A stretch of 64,000 nt of DNA from NCBI GenBank assembly GCA_030264375.1, contig JASCQW010000043.1, positions 87,388,392 to 87,452,391 on the forward strand, written 5' to 3'. Under the pieces are notes generated by a model. That model did not search any database, had not been told where the DNA came from, and was given only the letters and a program-made list of their open reading frames with translations. Positions 1-14,560 of this stretch are shown piece after piece. A program made the position numbers and the translations under genes. This DNA is from Carcharhinus longimanus (lineage: Eukaryota). Numbering within the stretch: position 1 is the stretch's first letter; each line of letters opens with the position of its first letter.

Positions 1-178
1 GGTAGTAAGGGCGTGGAATGCCCTGCCTGCAGCAGTTGTGGACTCGTCAACTTTAAGGGCATTCAAATGGTCATTGGTTAGACATATGGATAATATTGGA
101 ATAGTTTAGGTTAGAGGGTCATTAGATTCGTTCCACTGGTTGGCGCAACATCGAGGGCTGAAGAGTCTGTACTGCACT
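1..178 (+). mobile_element. CR1-type LINE 3' end
   Basis: gtagtaagggcgtggaatgccctgcctg (VVRAWNALP) ... catcgagggctgaagagtctgtactgcact, the typical CR1 ORF2 end and 3' tail. Confidence 0.8.
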
Positions 179-2250
179 TATTTATCTTAGCAAGTCAGAA
201 TTATTTTTTAATAGCCATCTCAACTCATCCTCTGAAATACATCACTTCACACTTCAGTTAAATTGCATCTGAAATTTTTTTTTGTTTGTCCTTGTTTGAA
301 GTTTTTTGTTTTGACTCTGTCAACTGCATTGTGAGCCTTCAGTACCTTTTTTTTTGAGCCTAAATCCAGTACATGCCCTTATTCACCTTTCTCATGTCTT
401 GGGTTATTGCATACTCTCATTGTTCTGATGGCTTTGGCTTTGTTTCATGGTTTGGAAGATTTCCAGTGCGCGATTCATATTTCGCATTTTCTAGTCTGGA
501 ACAGTGCATGCGGGGAATTATCTCCGTTAACTACTCATAAGTATTAACATCCTCCACCACCATTCTTTTTCCCCACCTCTCCCTATATCACTGATCTGTC
601 TAGTGAACTTTACTTATTGTTGCCAATTCTGATGGTTCATGCTGTCTTTTTAAACATTAAGATCTTGGTTGACTAGTTTTCTGAATCTTGTTTTGTAATT
701 GCACTTGCTAACTTGCTATTTGTTCTCGAATACAACACAAGTACAGGTGACCTCTTTTTCATAAGAGAAATGCTGTTTAATATGAATTCTTCTAGTCCAA
801 TTGAAGCCTGACCACATCTATACTGATGGGGATGTAGAATGCAGAAGGTGGTGACCATTCAGCCTTAGTATGTTTAATTTTTAACCTAGTTTCAAATAGC
901 CATAGACCTTGATCAAAATCCTACATCGTACTGGTCTGAGAGCATAGTGACTGCTCCAGATTCCGGTGCTTTGCTTCAAGTGGATCATGTGTTCCTGGGG
1001 ATTTACTTTGCATTACTCCCTTGTTTTTTTTTTAATTTTCTGTAAGATTTTAAATATTTCATTAGAGAATTTATTTAGGTTTTCCTCATTTGAGTGATAG
1101 ACCCATCTTTTAAACACTGGACTTGTCTGATCCTAGAGGAGAGCTTGTGTACAGAATGCATTGAATCGTGTGCAGCACAATGGGCTGTTGAATCTGACCT
1201 GTCCCTTGGCTAAAAGGGAATGTGGGACAAGATGACAGTTTGTCGGGCACTATTTGTTCAAATGGACTGATGCTTGGATTTTTCCCAGAAGTTGTGTAAA
1301 AGGAAACCAGAAGCTGTTGCCTTGAGACATGAAGCAAGTATCTGAACCTAGATGTCCAGCTCCTAATGCTACTTCCACAGTGCAGGGATTCATAAAAATT
1401 GGCTTCATTTGGATTGGTTTGTCCATAAACTATTTCTGAATTTTAATTTCACATGAGTGCCAGGAATGTTTATGGTATGCAAAGATGCCTTGAACTCTGC
1501 AGTGCAGCATGTTCAAATCATGTGGTTGATTTGAACAATTGTACTGATTTTTGAGCAAATGTGAGATGGGTAGATGAATTGATTTTAATGTGCTAAACTG
1601 TGAAAAGATTGGGCAGTTTTTTTTCCCCCAAAGCAATCTGCATAAGCTGCACTTTCTTGAATGTAAAGCAGACTAAAATTGTTCCGGCACAAGCCACAAA
1701 TTCCATTAGTGTGAACTGAGTTATGGCATTTAGCTGGTTAGGTTTGCTGCAATAATAAAACTGCGTAATGTCTGGTGCCTAAAACTAGCTGTGAACTTCA
1801 TTTTAAATGTGTATAACTTGTATAATGAAACACAATTTAATTGATCTTTCTGCAAATCAAATTTCCCAGGTTTGTCAATTTTTTTTTGTATTAGCGGTCT
1901 AGTGGCATAACTACTAAATGCTCTGAAGGAAAATGCACTCCCAACTTCATGGATGAGGAATGGTTCCTCCTGATTCCTTGTAGTTATGATCACTATAAAT
2001 GCATGATCATGCTCTTCCTTTATTCCTTGCCATTTTGGATATATAATGCTGTTAATTGTGAAAAGAGAAGCTAGAATATGTAAGGAGTAATGAAATCTGA
2101 GGTCCTGGGAAGTGGTTGTATTGGTGTACTCTGCATGGTTAACACCATAAACAGGGATTTTTTTTTTCTATTTTTCCAAAAGGAAAAACAAACTTTGCAT
2201 ACGCATAGCTGCTGAGTAGTGAAATGAGCAAAATGGCAGTTGGTTTAGTT

Positions 2251-2587
2251 TGGCATGGTAGCAGTGGTTAGCACTGCTGCTTCACAGCTCCATGGACCTG
2301 GGTTTGATCCCAGCTTGGGTCACTGTCTGTGTGGAGTTTGCATGTTCTCCTCGTGTCTGTGTGGGTTTTCTCCAGATACTCATGTTTCCTCCCACAGTCC
2401 AAAGATGTGTGGGTTAGGTAGATTGGCCATGCTAAAACTGCCCATTTAGTATCCTGGGATGTGTAGGTTAGAGGGATTAGCAGGTAAAATATGTAGGGAT
2501 GTGGGGGTAGGGCCTGGGTGGGACCATGGTCAGTGCAGACCCGATGGGCCAAGTGGTCTGTTTCTGCACTGTAGGGATTCTATGATT
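2251..2587 (+). mobile_element. HE1/V-SINE-type tRNA-derived SINE, near full length
   Basis: tRNA-like head (ggtagcagtggttagcactgctgc ... gggtttgatccc), V-domain tgtgtggagtttgcatgttctcc...ggtttcctcccacagtccaaagatgtg, and CR1-like tail ttctgcactgtagggattctatga. Confidence 0.9.
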
Positions 2588-3765
2588 TAAAGTCTGGCTC
2601 AGTTTAGACTGCTGGAATCACAAATGGGAAGTGGTTGTCTGAGGTTTGGGTTTGTACTAAATTTTTGAAATCTGCAGTGCACTTAGTTGGCTACTTTGGA
2701 GCATAGGGCAACGTAGCAAGTTGTATAACACCTTTTGTCCACTGAAATATCTGCACTTCACAACTATTTACTTTTTGAAGTGCAATTACTAAAGAAGTTC
2801 AGCAGTTAAACTGCAGTGCAAACTGCCTCACAAATAACTAATGGTATTATGCTCCATACTGACTTAAGGGGAAACTGCTCACAAAGCAAGAGAACTATCT
2901 TATTGTACTTTTCCGTCACTCAGGCAGGAGACGGTGCCCTAATTTAACACAGGAAAGTTTTGATAGTGGATTATATAGTGTTTCTAAAGTGTCAGGTTAC
3001 ATGGCATTACTGCTTCATTCCATTTCCTGGAAAACACAAATATTCCTAAAATTAAAATGTTTTGAGATTGAGTGCGAGATCTAAATATTCTTGCATCCAA
3101 CAGCAGTGCTTGAATTTGTAGCTGTCATTTGGCTGTCAATTCAGCCATGCTGTGCAAGTTCAAGCAACAAGGTGGTGAAATTTAACTTGATTTTCGGTAC
3201 CTACTTTTAAAGTGAAAAATTCATGTTGAGTGAAAAAAGATTTGGATCAGTTTCTGCAACTTGGAAGAGCTGTTAACTGCAGACCTTGTTTCTTCTTTGG
3301 ATAGAAGACTGGGTGCTGATTTTTGAAACTATGTTGCCACAAAAAGTTGTAGCCTCATGAAGTGGTAGAGAATGTCTCAACATCTACATCATTAGTATAC
3401 ATAAAACTGTGTTTTATGACATTTTGGGCTTTATCTCTTGTCTCCAATTTCTTTTTAAACATTGGAATGCCATAAGCTCAGTATGAGAATTTTTAGTTTC
3501 ACTTTTGTGCTGATGTTATTCAAGTCTGGCTACATGATTTGAAATTTAGTTTTAAATGACCTGTAACAGATTTTCTCTCATCATTTGGAAAAAGGATCCT
3601 CTGAATTGGATAACTGAATGCCCCTTGTAGTGTAATTGGAGCATCTTGCCAGACATGCTTGCCAGGCCTTTTCAGTGTTCAAAAGTTGTTTTTGAGTTAA
3701 CTGAATAGGTCTCCCCTTAAAGGGTGGATATGGAATTTGAAGTATTGTGTATCAAGTAATGACTT

Positions 3766-3907
3766 CCCTCCCTAACAGCACTCTTGAGTTTACCTACACC
3801 ACAGACTGCAGCGGTTCATGAGGTAGCTCTCTACCACCACCGCCAAGAGTAATTATGGATGGACAGTAGATAGTGGCTGAGCTAAAGATGCCCATATCCC
3901 ATGAATG
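3766..3907 (+). mobile_element. 3' tail fragment of the LINE family at 59289-61857
   Basis: ccctaacagcac...tacctacaccacagactgcagcggttca...gatgcccatatcccatgaatg aligns by eye with 61740-61857. Confidence 0.7.
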
Positions 3908-4264
3908 CTACTCAATGTTGGTAAAACCTGATAATCTGAAGTGCTGAGCTTTCTGTTGGATGGGATTCTTGGATATGGAAACTGATCCGCTTCAGCAAGG
4001 CACACTTTTTTAAATTTGGCTGTTTTCAGCTACAAGTGCTGGTGAGATATCTTGGCATCGTAGTCCTTGGGTAGGTTTGCTTTACATCACATGAGCAAAA
4101 ATAATGTTCAGTATAAACGGGCGCTGGCCTTGACGTTAAATACTTGTGTAGCCAGTAACAAGATTCTTTTTGGTGATCTGCCTTGGATGACCAAATGATT
4201 GAAGGTCCATCATGAAGTGTTAATTTCCAAGTGCTTGGTTTACAAATACTTGAATTGTTGTGTT

Positions 4265-4284
4265 GTGTGTGTGTGTGTGTGTGT
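4265..4284. repeat. (TG)n microsatellite
   Basis: About 10 TG units, directly visible. Confidence 0.9.
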
Positions 4285-4615
4285 CTGAAAACTGCCATTT
4301 TGTCTTCAAGGTCTGCAGTCCATTTGAGAAAAATGTTTGTAAGCAGTTGCCTTCTTTTAGAAATTGAGACCACCCTAACCAAGTAAAAAAATTCCTCCTT
4401 CTTTCGTTATGCTGTTTACCTAATCCATTGTCTAAACAGAAGTATTGTTACAATCTCCATCTTCATTTGAGCTTCAGTTAACAGCAAAAGAATGATTTGT
4501 CAAGGTTTCACGTTTTTAAAACTTCAATGAGACACCCTCCCACGTTGGCAGCCCAAGAGGCCTTTTCTCTCTGACTGCACAGAATTGCTTTCTGTGATGT
4601 TCACTGTTTTGTAAT

Positions 4616-5186
4616 GAACAAAGAATTAAAAATTACAGCATAGGGACAGGTCCTTCGGCCCTTCAAGTCTGCATTGACCATGCTGCACGCCTGAACTAAA
4701 AATTCCCCACACTCCTGGGGACCATAATCCCTCAATTCTCATGCTATTTGTGTACTGGCCAAGACATCCCTTTAAAAGCCAGTATTGTAGCTGCTTCCAC
4801 TATCTCCCCTAGCAGCACATTCCAGGTACCCACTACCCTCTGATGATTGGGAGGGGGGGAGGAGAACCTTGATCCTCGCACCTTAAATCTATGCCCTCTA
4901 GTAATTGACTCTTGCGCCATGGGGAAAAAGCTTCTGTCCACTCTGTCCTTGCCCCTCATCTTAGACTTTTTTCAGGTTGCCCCTCAACCTCCATCGTTCC
5001 AATGAGAGCAAACCAAATCTCATCAATCTCTTCCCCCATAGCTAATTACCTCCATGCCAGGCAACATCCTGGTAGATCTTTTCTGTATCCTTCAAAGCCT
5101 CCACATCCTTCTGGTAGTCTGACAACCAGCATTGAACACTATATTCCAAGTGTGACCTACCTAAGATTCTATATAGCTATAACATG
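4616..5186 (-). mobile_element. CR1-type LINE 3' fragment
   Basis: Minus ORF 4744-4959 reads DRVDRSFFPMAQESITRGHRFKVRG...QRVVGTWNVL (CR1 ORF2 C-terminus). Tail starts at gaacaaagaa...acagcatagggacaggtccttcggccc. Confidence 0.85.
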
Positions 5187-6199
5187 AGTGAAGCCAGTAA
5201 TGCATATCTCGGTGGCTTTCTGTGCCCCCTGTTCCCCATAGCATTGTGAAACATAACATAACCATGTATCTAGAAATGCTAATTAACTATCCTTGATTCC
5301 AATTTCCTTTGGTTTAAAACGCATTACCTTCAACATCACTGGGACTTGTGGTGACTTGGTCTCTAGGTTTGCAACAAGTACACTGCTNNNNNNNNNNNNN
5401 NNNNNNNNNNNNNNNNNNNNNNNNNNNNNNNNNNNNNNNNNNNNNNNNNNNNNNNNNNNNNNNNNNNNNNNNNNNNNNNNNNNNNNNNNNNNNNNNNNNN
5501 NNNNNNNNNNNNNNNNNNNNNNNNNNCCACAATGTGCCTAATATTTCAAGGGCCACTTAAATACTCAGGGGTAGATAATCAAGCCCTGGGGGATTTATCA
5601 GCCTTCGATCCCATCAATTTCCCCAATGCCATTTCTCTAGAAATACTGATTTCCTCAGTTCCTCTGCCTCACCTTAAACCCCCTAATCCTGAATATTTAT
5701 AATATTATTTGTGCTCTCCTTTGTAAAAACAACTCTAACTTGATCAGTGACCTTACATCACTGATTTGATTTATTATCACATGTATTAGCACGCAGTGAA
5801 AAGTATTGTTTCTTGCGCACTATACAGACAAAACATACCATTCAGAGAAGGAAACGAGTGAGTGCAGAATGTACTATTAGTTATAGTTGGGGTGTAGAGA
5901 AAGAACTTGATGCAAGATAGCTACTATTGTCTAAGTGTAAATCCCTTCCACCTTTTCTCAATAAAACAAGCTTCCCTTTGACCTCTTGCAGACTGTAGAA
6001 CAGATAACATGACACCCTTTATTTACCTCAAATTAAAGCTGTACTTCAACTAGCCACCTAAGCAATTTTTCAATATCAAAAAAGTCTCCATTTCAGTCAC
6101 CGACTTGAGTCTTCTCCATCTGAATCTAAATATTCCTCTTTGCTACTCCAAGCACTGATTCTATCTATTCTGCCTCATCTCTCCCAAAACCCCAAAAGC

Positions 6200-7400
6200 T
6201 AAATATTTCAGGTACTGCAAAATAACTGAAAAAAAACAGCAGGTCAAGGAGCATTTGTGGGGTGAGTTGATGCTTCAGGTTAATTACCTTTTTCATTAGA
6301 ACTGAAGAAAGATAGGAATAGTAAGTGTTTTGGAAGGAGGCCAGGAAGATAGTGGAAGGCAGTGGAGATTAGCTTTACACCATTAAAGTGGTAAAGGACA
6401 TAATAACAGAATCACAGGATTGTTTCAACATGGGAGGTGATTCACCCATTTTTGTCTGCACCGTTTCTCCAAATGAGCAATTTACTTTGCCATTCTCTTG
6501 CTGCCTCCCTGTAACCTTGCAGAATCTGTCTTTTCAGATAAGTTTATTTCCTTTTGCATGCTTTGATAGAACCAGGTTCTGCCATGAAGTGCAGGGCATT
6601 CCAGACATGACCACTCATGACATGAAGTGGGGTTTCCTTGTTTTCATCAGTGATTTTTAAACCCATGCTTGCTCTCTTTCACTATCAAGAACAGTTTTTT
6701 TTTCCCTATCTTCTGTGTCCAGACCCCTTGTGATTTTGAACATGGCTACAGTCCCAACTTCTCTAATCTACCATCATAACTTTTATGTCCAAATGAGGCA
6801 TGAATAGCTACATAAAAGCCATCATGAAAGGATAAATAAACTAAACAGACCAACTCAAATAAAAATGCATCATACCTATCGCCAGTCTGTTTCATGTATT
6901 CCCTAATGTAGAGGAGACCACGTTGTGAACGGGGAATACAGTATATGAAATAGTAAAGTGTAATTTCCACTGGAAAGTGGAGCTTAGGACAGTTACTGCA
7001 TCTCCTGCTGCTGAATGGAAAGGTACCCAAGGAACGATATGTTGGGAGTGATTAATGGCTTGGATATAGAACTAAATGATCCCTCTGTTCATAATGCTGA
7101 AAGAGGAGGGGAAAGGTGTTTGGTCACATTGCACTAGGGGAAATGGTGGAAGATGATCTGTTGGTTAGATGCTGGTGGGATGGAAGGGGAGGGCAAGTAG
7201 AAGCCTGTCCAGGTTCTGGGAGCAAAGAGCTGAGTAGTAGTGCATGAAAAGGAGCTGGGGAGGGAATCCTCGGCTGAGGAATAAAGCAGCCCTATCAGGG
7301 GAAGTCCCTACAGGAAGCACGTGAGAGGGGAAATGTAGACTAGATAGTTATGGGTTGGCATGGATCTTGAAACAAAGTTGAAGTCATAGTTAGGAAGGGT
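6200..7400 (-). mobile_element. Penelope-like element remnants (GIY-YIG endonuclease and terminal repeat), interrupted by a CR1 tail
   Basis: Minus ORF 6746-7030 has GTFPFSSRRCSNCP...IYCIPRSQRGLLYIRE..QTGDR, a decayed VYCIxCxxCGLLYIGETxRxLxDR motif. 6200-6305 resembles the Penelope terminal repeat. Confidence 0.65.
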
Positions 7401-8949
7401 TGGCCATTGAACTTCCTGGTCAAGAATCTATCCATTCCCAAACTTGAACTGGCTGCACTTTTGTGTCACAAATATTCTGTACTGCTCCAATAGTGAGGGA
7501 AGTAGTATAGTGCAGTATTCTAAAATTGGAAAGATTTTAATGTTTTCATGTGCAGTTATCAACGTAATTATCAATAGATGTCAGCTGCGGGATGTAGTTG
7601 AAGTTCTTGCTGATCTCGGTTTCATTGGAACACTTCAATTCATGCTTGATACTACCAACCACTCTTCCTACCCCCACTTTTTTTTTCCTCTTGCTTCCCT
7701 TTCTCCAGAAACACATCTTGGACAAGATTCTGTGGGTTCAGTTGAATAGATATGTACTGTAAACTTTAAAGTAATGCTCCTAGCCTGGCGGTAGCATTTT
7801 TCAAATAATTTGCTTGCCAGAAAAGTATTTGTACATCTCTCTCGCCTTTTGGAGGGTGACAAAAATGTAGCAATTATTCCAAGTAATTCTATTCGCCAAA
7901 TCGTATATAGAGATGGTAGAACCAGGGCAGATTACTTCATACAATTTCGTTCATTGAACCCTGGGCTAAACGGGCATTTGAAGGAATGTAATGCAAATTC
8001 ACCAAGACACTAAGATTAGATTATGAAGAAGAGTTGCATAAGTTAGGCTTTTATCCCCTAGAATGTAGAAAACTAAGGGGCGATAGGATTTTGGGCAGTG
8101 GAAGAGAAAGAGGAGTTAGGATGGGCCAGAGAAACATTTATTGACATGAGGTGGTGGAAATGTAACACACTAGCACAAACCAAAGTAATTGAATGAATCT
8201 TGGATATTGATCAGTCATAATTGTGTTCTTATAAGCAGGGAAATCTAATCCCATATCAACATCGTTGACTTGTATGTATCAAATTACATATTGCTTATTT
8301 CAGAGCAACTAGGGATGAATAAAATGCAGCCTTAAATCTTAGAGTCATCAGGAGCTTTGTGCAGCAAAACTGAATTTGTGTCAAATGGTGGAACTCTATC
8401 CAATAGCTTACTGAAAGCAAGGATTTGGAACCTAATAAACTTGGGTCACCAAAAACAAAGGTTATTGGTGCACTCAAGTTTACCTTTTGTATAATTCAAT
8501 AGTATATTATCTTGTTTTCACTTTCCCACTAAAATTGGGAAGTATTACAAGAGGGGAGGGAGCTATTTTGGATTAACTTGAGACGTTGACTTGGTTGAAT
8601 TATGATTGCATGGCTTTAATTCTGATCAGCGTTTAATGAAAGTTTACAGATCTGAATAATGACTGTGACATTCTACTTAAGTGCAATATAATTGAAATGA
8701 CAGACTTGAGACTAATAGTTTGACTCCAAATACAATTGTGATTTTAGTGATTCTATAATGAAATGCAGGATTCTTAGCTTTTGGTTAGAATTGTTATTTA
8801 GGAACAGTTGTGATAATGCAAGATCGTTTTATAAAAATGCCAAATCCTTGGCCTTGATCCAGGCTACTCTAGGACTAGAAAGGAAAACAGTATATTCTAC
8901 AGAAGACTAGCTCAAGATTTAATTGGAGTTGTATGGTCCTTAATTTTTT

Positions 8950-9157
8950 TTTTGAAGTGGTCAGTACTGACCTGGCTAGCATTTACTATTTCCAGTTTCC
9001 CTGAAGGTGATGGCAATAACAATTTTGCTTGGGCACAGTTTAAAGTCATTCACATTGATGCAGGTCCAAAATTGCACATGAGGCAGGTTAGGTAACGGAC
9101 AGCAGTTCTCTTTCCTTAAAGGGACTTCACTATAATTCTACTTCATGGCCATTTTCA
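8950..9157 (-). mobile_element. Degenerate SINE of the 30872/36378 family, running into a gap
   Basis: ctggctagcattta, cagtttaaagtcattcacattg and gcagttctctttccttaaagggac are collinear with the 36378-36540 copy. Confidence 0.6.
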
Positions 9158-9743
9158 NNNNNNNNNNNNNNNNNNNNNNNNNNNNNNNNNNNNNNNNNNN
9201 NNNNNNNNNNNNNNNNNNNNNNNNNNNNNNNNNNNNNNNNNNNNNNNNNNNNNNNNNGAGTATGAAAACGGAAGTCATTATGTTCAGATTAAAGCTGAAA
9301 TGTTAATAAAGTCAAAAAGCTATTTCATTAAAAAGATTTAGATGCCGATATCAATTAGATATCAATTTCTTTGATAGCAAGAATACAGTCAAAAGAAAAT
9401 AAGGTTTATGTTTGGAGAAGAAAACTAGAAATAAAACTAGAATCAAAATCCAAGCATAGTTGCAAAACTAAAAATACCTGTATGCCTTTTGTAGTGTCAC
9501 AATAAAATTTTTTAGCACATTTACTCTAACATCATAAAATGATGAATGGTTAGGTCAAAAATGAGAGAAACGGGATGTTTCAATGTACTGTATCCATGCA
9601 TTAAAAGACATAAAAAGCTGCTTTTTAAATGACCAAAACCGCTTCAAACTCAAAACCTGTTAATTAGATCTAATAGTGAATGACTGCCTTCTACTATCAC
9701 AAAGTTAACAGTTTGGAGAAGTGATTGGATTGATGTACAGTGA

Positions 9744-9983
<240 letters not shown>

Positions 9984-12900
9984 TAATGTAAAATCTTTGG
10001 TTAGAATTTGAGGTCATTATATTGCATCTTCAATGAATCTGCCATGCAATGTTGGCTAAAGCAGGTTGGTGACCTCTTGTACCTTCAGCTCTCAAGGCAC
10101 CAGGACTAGAAGGGCTTCAAATCACTTCCTTAACTGACTGATATTGACCAACTAAAACTGGGATGAGGTGCAGATCTGGGGAAAGTACTGGTCAGTGCAA
10201 TGTGATTTGCAATTCAAACCTGATTCCCACAGAAAAGTACAATATGATTAGGTGGTCTTGACTAGAAATGCAAATTAAGGGATCTTTCCAATACACAGTT
10301 TGTTCTGTGGCCGTGACCAGTGACATCTATTGATCACTATTTGAACATTATGGATGTTCAACTGGTATTTCCATGCTGGCCACCATCCCACATAGCTTGT
10401 GTAGTACTGGAACTTACTGCACCTTGTTTGTTTTAAGGGGATGCTTCCTTGCTTTTAGGCTGCAGTTCACAACAATGTATTTTACGCATGATCATTTGGC
10501 GGACAGGGTGAACAGATTAGAGAACTCAACAGCAAAATCCAGGATGCAAGAATATGAAGACTTGACTATGCAGCGTCTATTGGTTTGTCGGAAATCTTGG
10601 GATTCAGGAATGCTTCAGGAAACCTACTGGCCTGTCAAAATCATTATGCTTTCATTTGGACAACTTCAACTTTCCAGAAGCCCAGTTGGCCTTGCCTGTC
10701 ACTATCCCAGTGTCTTGACAATGATCACTATCCAGAAGATTTTCTAGCATTGACTTCATTTAATAATAGATATTTTTCCAGCTTTCATTCTGAACAAACG
10801 AGTTACTGTCATCTAGATGTTTGAGAATTGTAAAAGTCTGCATGGACATTTCCATTTTCTCTTTTTTTTTTCCCTGTTTGCAATAAGCTAACCTTATTCT
10901 GCTTGTTTCTGGTGCATTAGGAAATCTGACAAACAGCTATCCCTTATCCATGAAGAACTCAATTGTCCTAACCAATGCTGTGCCTCCTGCAAATAGCTGG
11001 TCCTCTTGCAGGAAGAAAAATTGACTTCATTTTTTTTGTATTTCAGTGCACGTGACCATCCAAAATCCATTGCTCCAGATACAAAGTTAATCACTTTCTT
11101 GCCTTTTTAACCTCATTCTCTCTCAACACTTGTTAGCAGGGTCATGGTCCTAAAATGCAATAGCAGTGCTGCAGAGTGGAATTATACTGCTAGGCAGTAT
11201 ACTCCTGTGAAATGTGATTGTCCTGCCACCTACCTCTAATTCATCTTAAACTTTCAGATATTGAAAGCTTGTTGTAGTAAGAAAATTTTGTTTTAAATGG
11301 CTACCATCTTGCTAATGCTTAGCAAGATCAGGCACCAAGGTCCCAATACTGAAATAGCCAATGGCTGACAGTATTGATGCCTATTTCCTTCGTAGGAGAA
11401 ATTCTTTTGCAGAAAGGGAAATTTTTTTTTCTGGAAAAAGTGAGGATAGTTTGCAGTGAGTTGTGTGGGTGGTTCTGCAACAGCATTATGCCAGTTTTGC
11501 CCCTTGAGATGCTTTGGTTATGCACTTGAATGTGAAGGTAGTATTTACTTGCCATTCAGTACCATAGCAATGGCTTCTTTGCTACAAAAACAAGTGCTCC
11601 TAAATTGGATGTGGAATTTGACTCTTGAGCTGAGAGCAACTATTAGTCCTTGAAGAGATGAAGTACTTCACATCGCACCTGGTTTGTAGCCTCTGGTATA
11701 ATAAGTGTTTTTAAGTTTATAAATATCCAGTTGACTGAAGGTTAATTAAAAATACAAATAAGCAATGAATAACCAATTGAAAATCAAGCAATCAGCACCC
11801 AGTTGAAAATGCAATTCACAGCATGGCATGCACTGTAACGAAGCAATCACGTTGTTCAATCTAATTAATTCTAATGCTATTTTTGAGGAGACAGCCATAT
11901 AGAAATAATTTGATATTTAAATAATTAGAAATCATGCTCATCACCTTGTCTCTTCCCAGGATAGCCCAGCCACTACTGCTGGTTTTACCTGGAGTTTGTT
12001 ACAGGTCTTAAAATTACTGAATTAACAAATTGTGTATATGTAAATAGTCCAACACAATGGCTACTGATCGATGCATTTGTTTTTAAAATACACCTATAAC
12101 AGATACAGGAAAAAACTTGCAAAAAAAGAACTGCATGACTGACTTTTGGGGGGTTAGCAAAAACTGAGACAGTGGTTCCCAGTAAAATGAGCTGCAATTG
12201 AAATTGCAATGCTTCAATACTGTTGTGCTGAATAAACTTTTATGCTGGTCAGTAAAAAATGTGATGGTGGGATGAAGGTTAGTAAATTTCAGCAAGGATA
12301 ACATTAATCCACTGAAGTAACGGGGGGAGGGGAAGGGGGAGAAAGAAATTGCATACAGAAGTTTTCAAAGGGCAGGATGCAGTACCTCAATCTATGTTCA
12401 CAAGTACAGCAAATCTATTTTAAAGGGGCTCCGGAGGGGGAAGAAAACACAAATGATAAATGTACTGCACTGCTGAATTTTTGAGGGCTGCTTCCTTAGT
12501 AAATAATGCAACTTTAGCTAATAACTTGTAATTTTCCTGTAGTTGATTTTTCTCCATTGCAACGGTGGGTGGATTGTTGTATTAGGGTTGCAGCCAGACT
12601 TGGGTCATGGTAAACATTGCTAAATCACTGCCTTTGGCTACCTGTGACCTAAAGGGAAATGTATTTTAGGAGTAGACAGCTGAATTTTTAAATTACTTCA
12701 AACAAAAACTGAAGCTCCCACTTTTAAAAGTAGATTCAGCAATCCTTGTGCCTTTCTCTTGTATGTTTACCCAATACATTGCAGCAAGCGGGTTTATCCA
12801 TGGTTATTTGATCATACAATTATCCCAACTTATGTTTTAGTTGTGTTTTGACAATAATATTGCAAAATACTTTTGAAGCATCTGTAAAGATTCATGTCTA

Positions 12901-13959
12901 GAAGATTATGACAGAACAGAATGCTAGTACCATTTATTTATATTGTTTCCTTATTCTAATTTCTGCCTGACTGGTGTATATGACTGGCCAAATTTATCTA
13001 AATATAGAAAAAAATGTAAGTTTGAAGTAACTTAACTGCATGCTTGCTGCTGTCAATTTACAGGAGAGCAAAAAATGTTTAAACTCATTGAGAAGTAATC
13101 AAACTGGCTCCCAAGGAGGTGTAAGATAGCAGTGCGTGGCTAAACTGTATTGCTTCACATCATTTGTTTAACTCTGACTTTGCTTTTAGCTATTTCTTGC
13201 CTAAATTTTCTCAATCATGATGTTGCATGGTCTCGCGGTTCTAAATTCAAAACTTGCCAATGTGGGGATAATGTCAAGATGAAAATGGAAGTGAAGAATC
13301 GGCAATTTATCTTATTGAATGGGGAACTTTTAAGGGCTGAATAGCCTCCTATTTCTTGTATGTAGGGCAGCATATATATGGAATGTCTAATAGACATTTA
13401 AATCTTGGCCCAGGAAGTGGACAACAAACTATTATTATGCTGGGCATGAGTCAAGTTTCAATATCTTGATAGCAAAGTCATATATGTGGATTATGAAAGC
13501 ATCAGTTAGTATTGATTGGGCAAATAGCCCTTTGTTCCAAGTTTTCTTGTGTTCTTTCCTAGAATTTCAAATTTGCTGGTGCCTTTTTGTTCTTAAAGTT
13601 ATTACTTAGGCTTTCTAAACCTGGCATAGCAGTAAACCAACAACTGTTTTATCTGCTTCATTTGGGTCTCCTTTGCATTTAGTATCAGCCCAGCGCAGTG
13701 TTAATTTGCAGATCTGATCTTGCCATGTAAAAACTTGGTATGAAACACTATCCAGCCAAAATGCTCAACTGCATTCTACAATCTCTATCATTTTGCTTTG
13801 CTCCCTCCTGTTTGCCACTGAAGTAGTTTTGTATGAGTCAGCCATCATTATTGAATAAGGGAATTCATTAGAAAATGTTTGTTTTTTTTGGCAGTTTTGT
13901 ATTTCTGTAGCTTCTTTAATGTGTATAATCATCCCACGTGGCATATGGAAAAAGACAGC

Positions 13960-14560
13960 ACCAAAAATTATACGAAGTGACCAAAAACTTGGCCAGAGAT
14001 GGAATTTAAGGAGAGAATGAAGTGTGATGCTAGGCAGCTGAAAGCATAGTTGCCATTAGGGTGAAAAGGGAGAATGTCTGTCAGAAATTTGGACTAGTGG
14101 AGGTTGGAGATGGGAATATATGAAACCTTGATTGAAATGCACAATAAATTTGAGGTAATGAACAGGGAACAGATATAAATCGGCGAGAAGTATGAATGCA
14201 GTGGTGGGATTTATTTTTTCCATAGCATGCCGGCATAGTTTAGCATAAGCTGATCTTTACTGAAGGAGGCTTGGAGACTGATGGAAGGGAAGTCCATGGG
14301 GTGAGATGTATCATTGTTGAGCTGAAAGTAGACCGTTCTGTGATGGCGAAAATATTGGATCTGAGTTCAGCTTGAGGCTCCAACAAGTCTAAGTTGGAGA
14401 TGTATGGAGGGAAGGGTGATGTGGTGAAGTGGGAGGAATGGAGTTGGTGCTGAGGGAACAGTGTTTCAGCCAAGGGCTGGAAATGATGGCTTTGAACTTT
14501 TTACTGTTTAGATGGAGAAAATTGCAGCTCATCCAAGACCAGATGTCAGACGAGCAGTTT
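13960..14560 (-). mobile_element. Old L2-like LINE remnant
   Basis: Purine-rich decayed LINE-like sequence (ggaaatgatggctttgaac...ggagaaaattgcagctcatccaagaccagatgtcagacgagcag). No intact ORF. Confidence 0.45.

Noticed and set aside
2255-2552. Short ORFs on both strands and a tRNA-like sequence
   Set aside because: All lie within a SINE. The head has A/B boxes but no complete cloverleaf.
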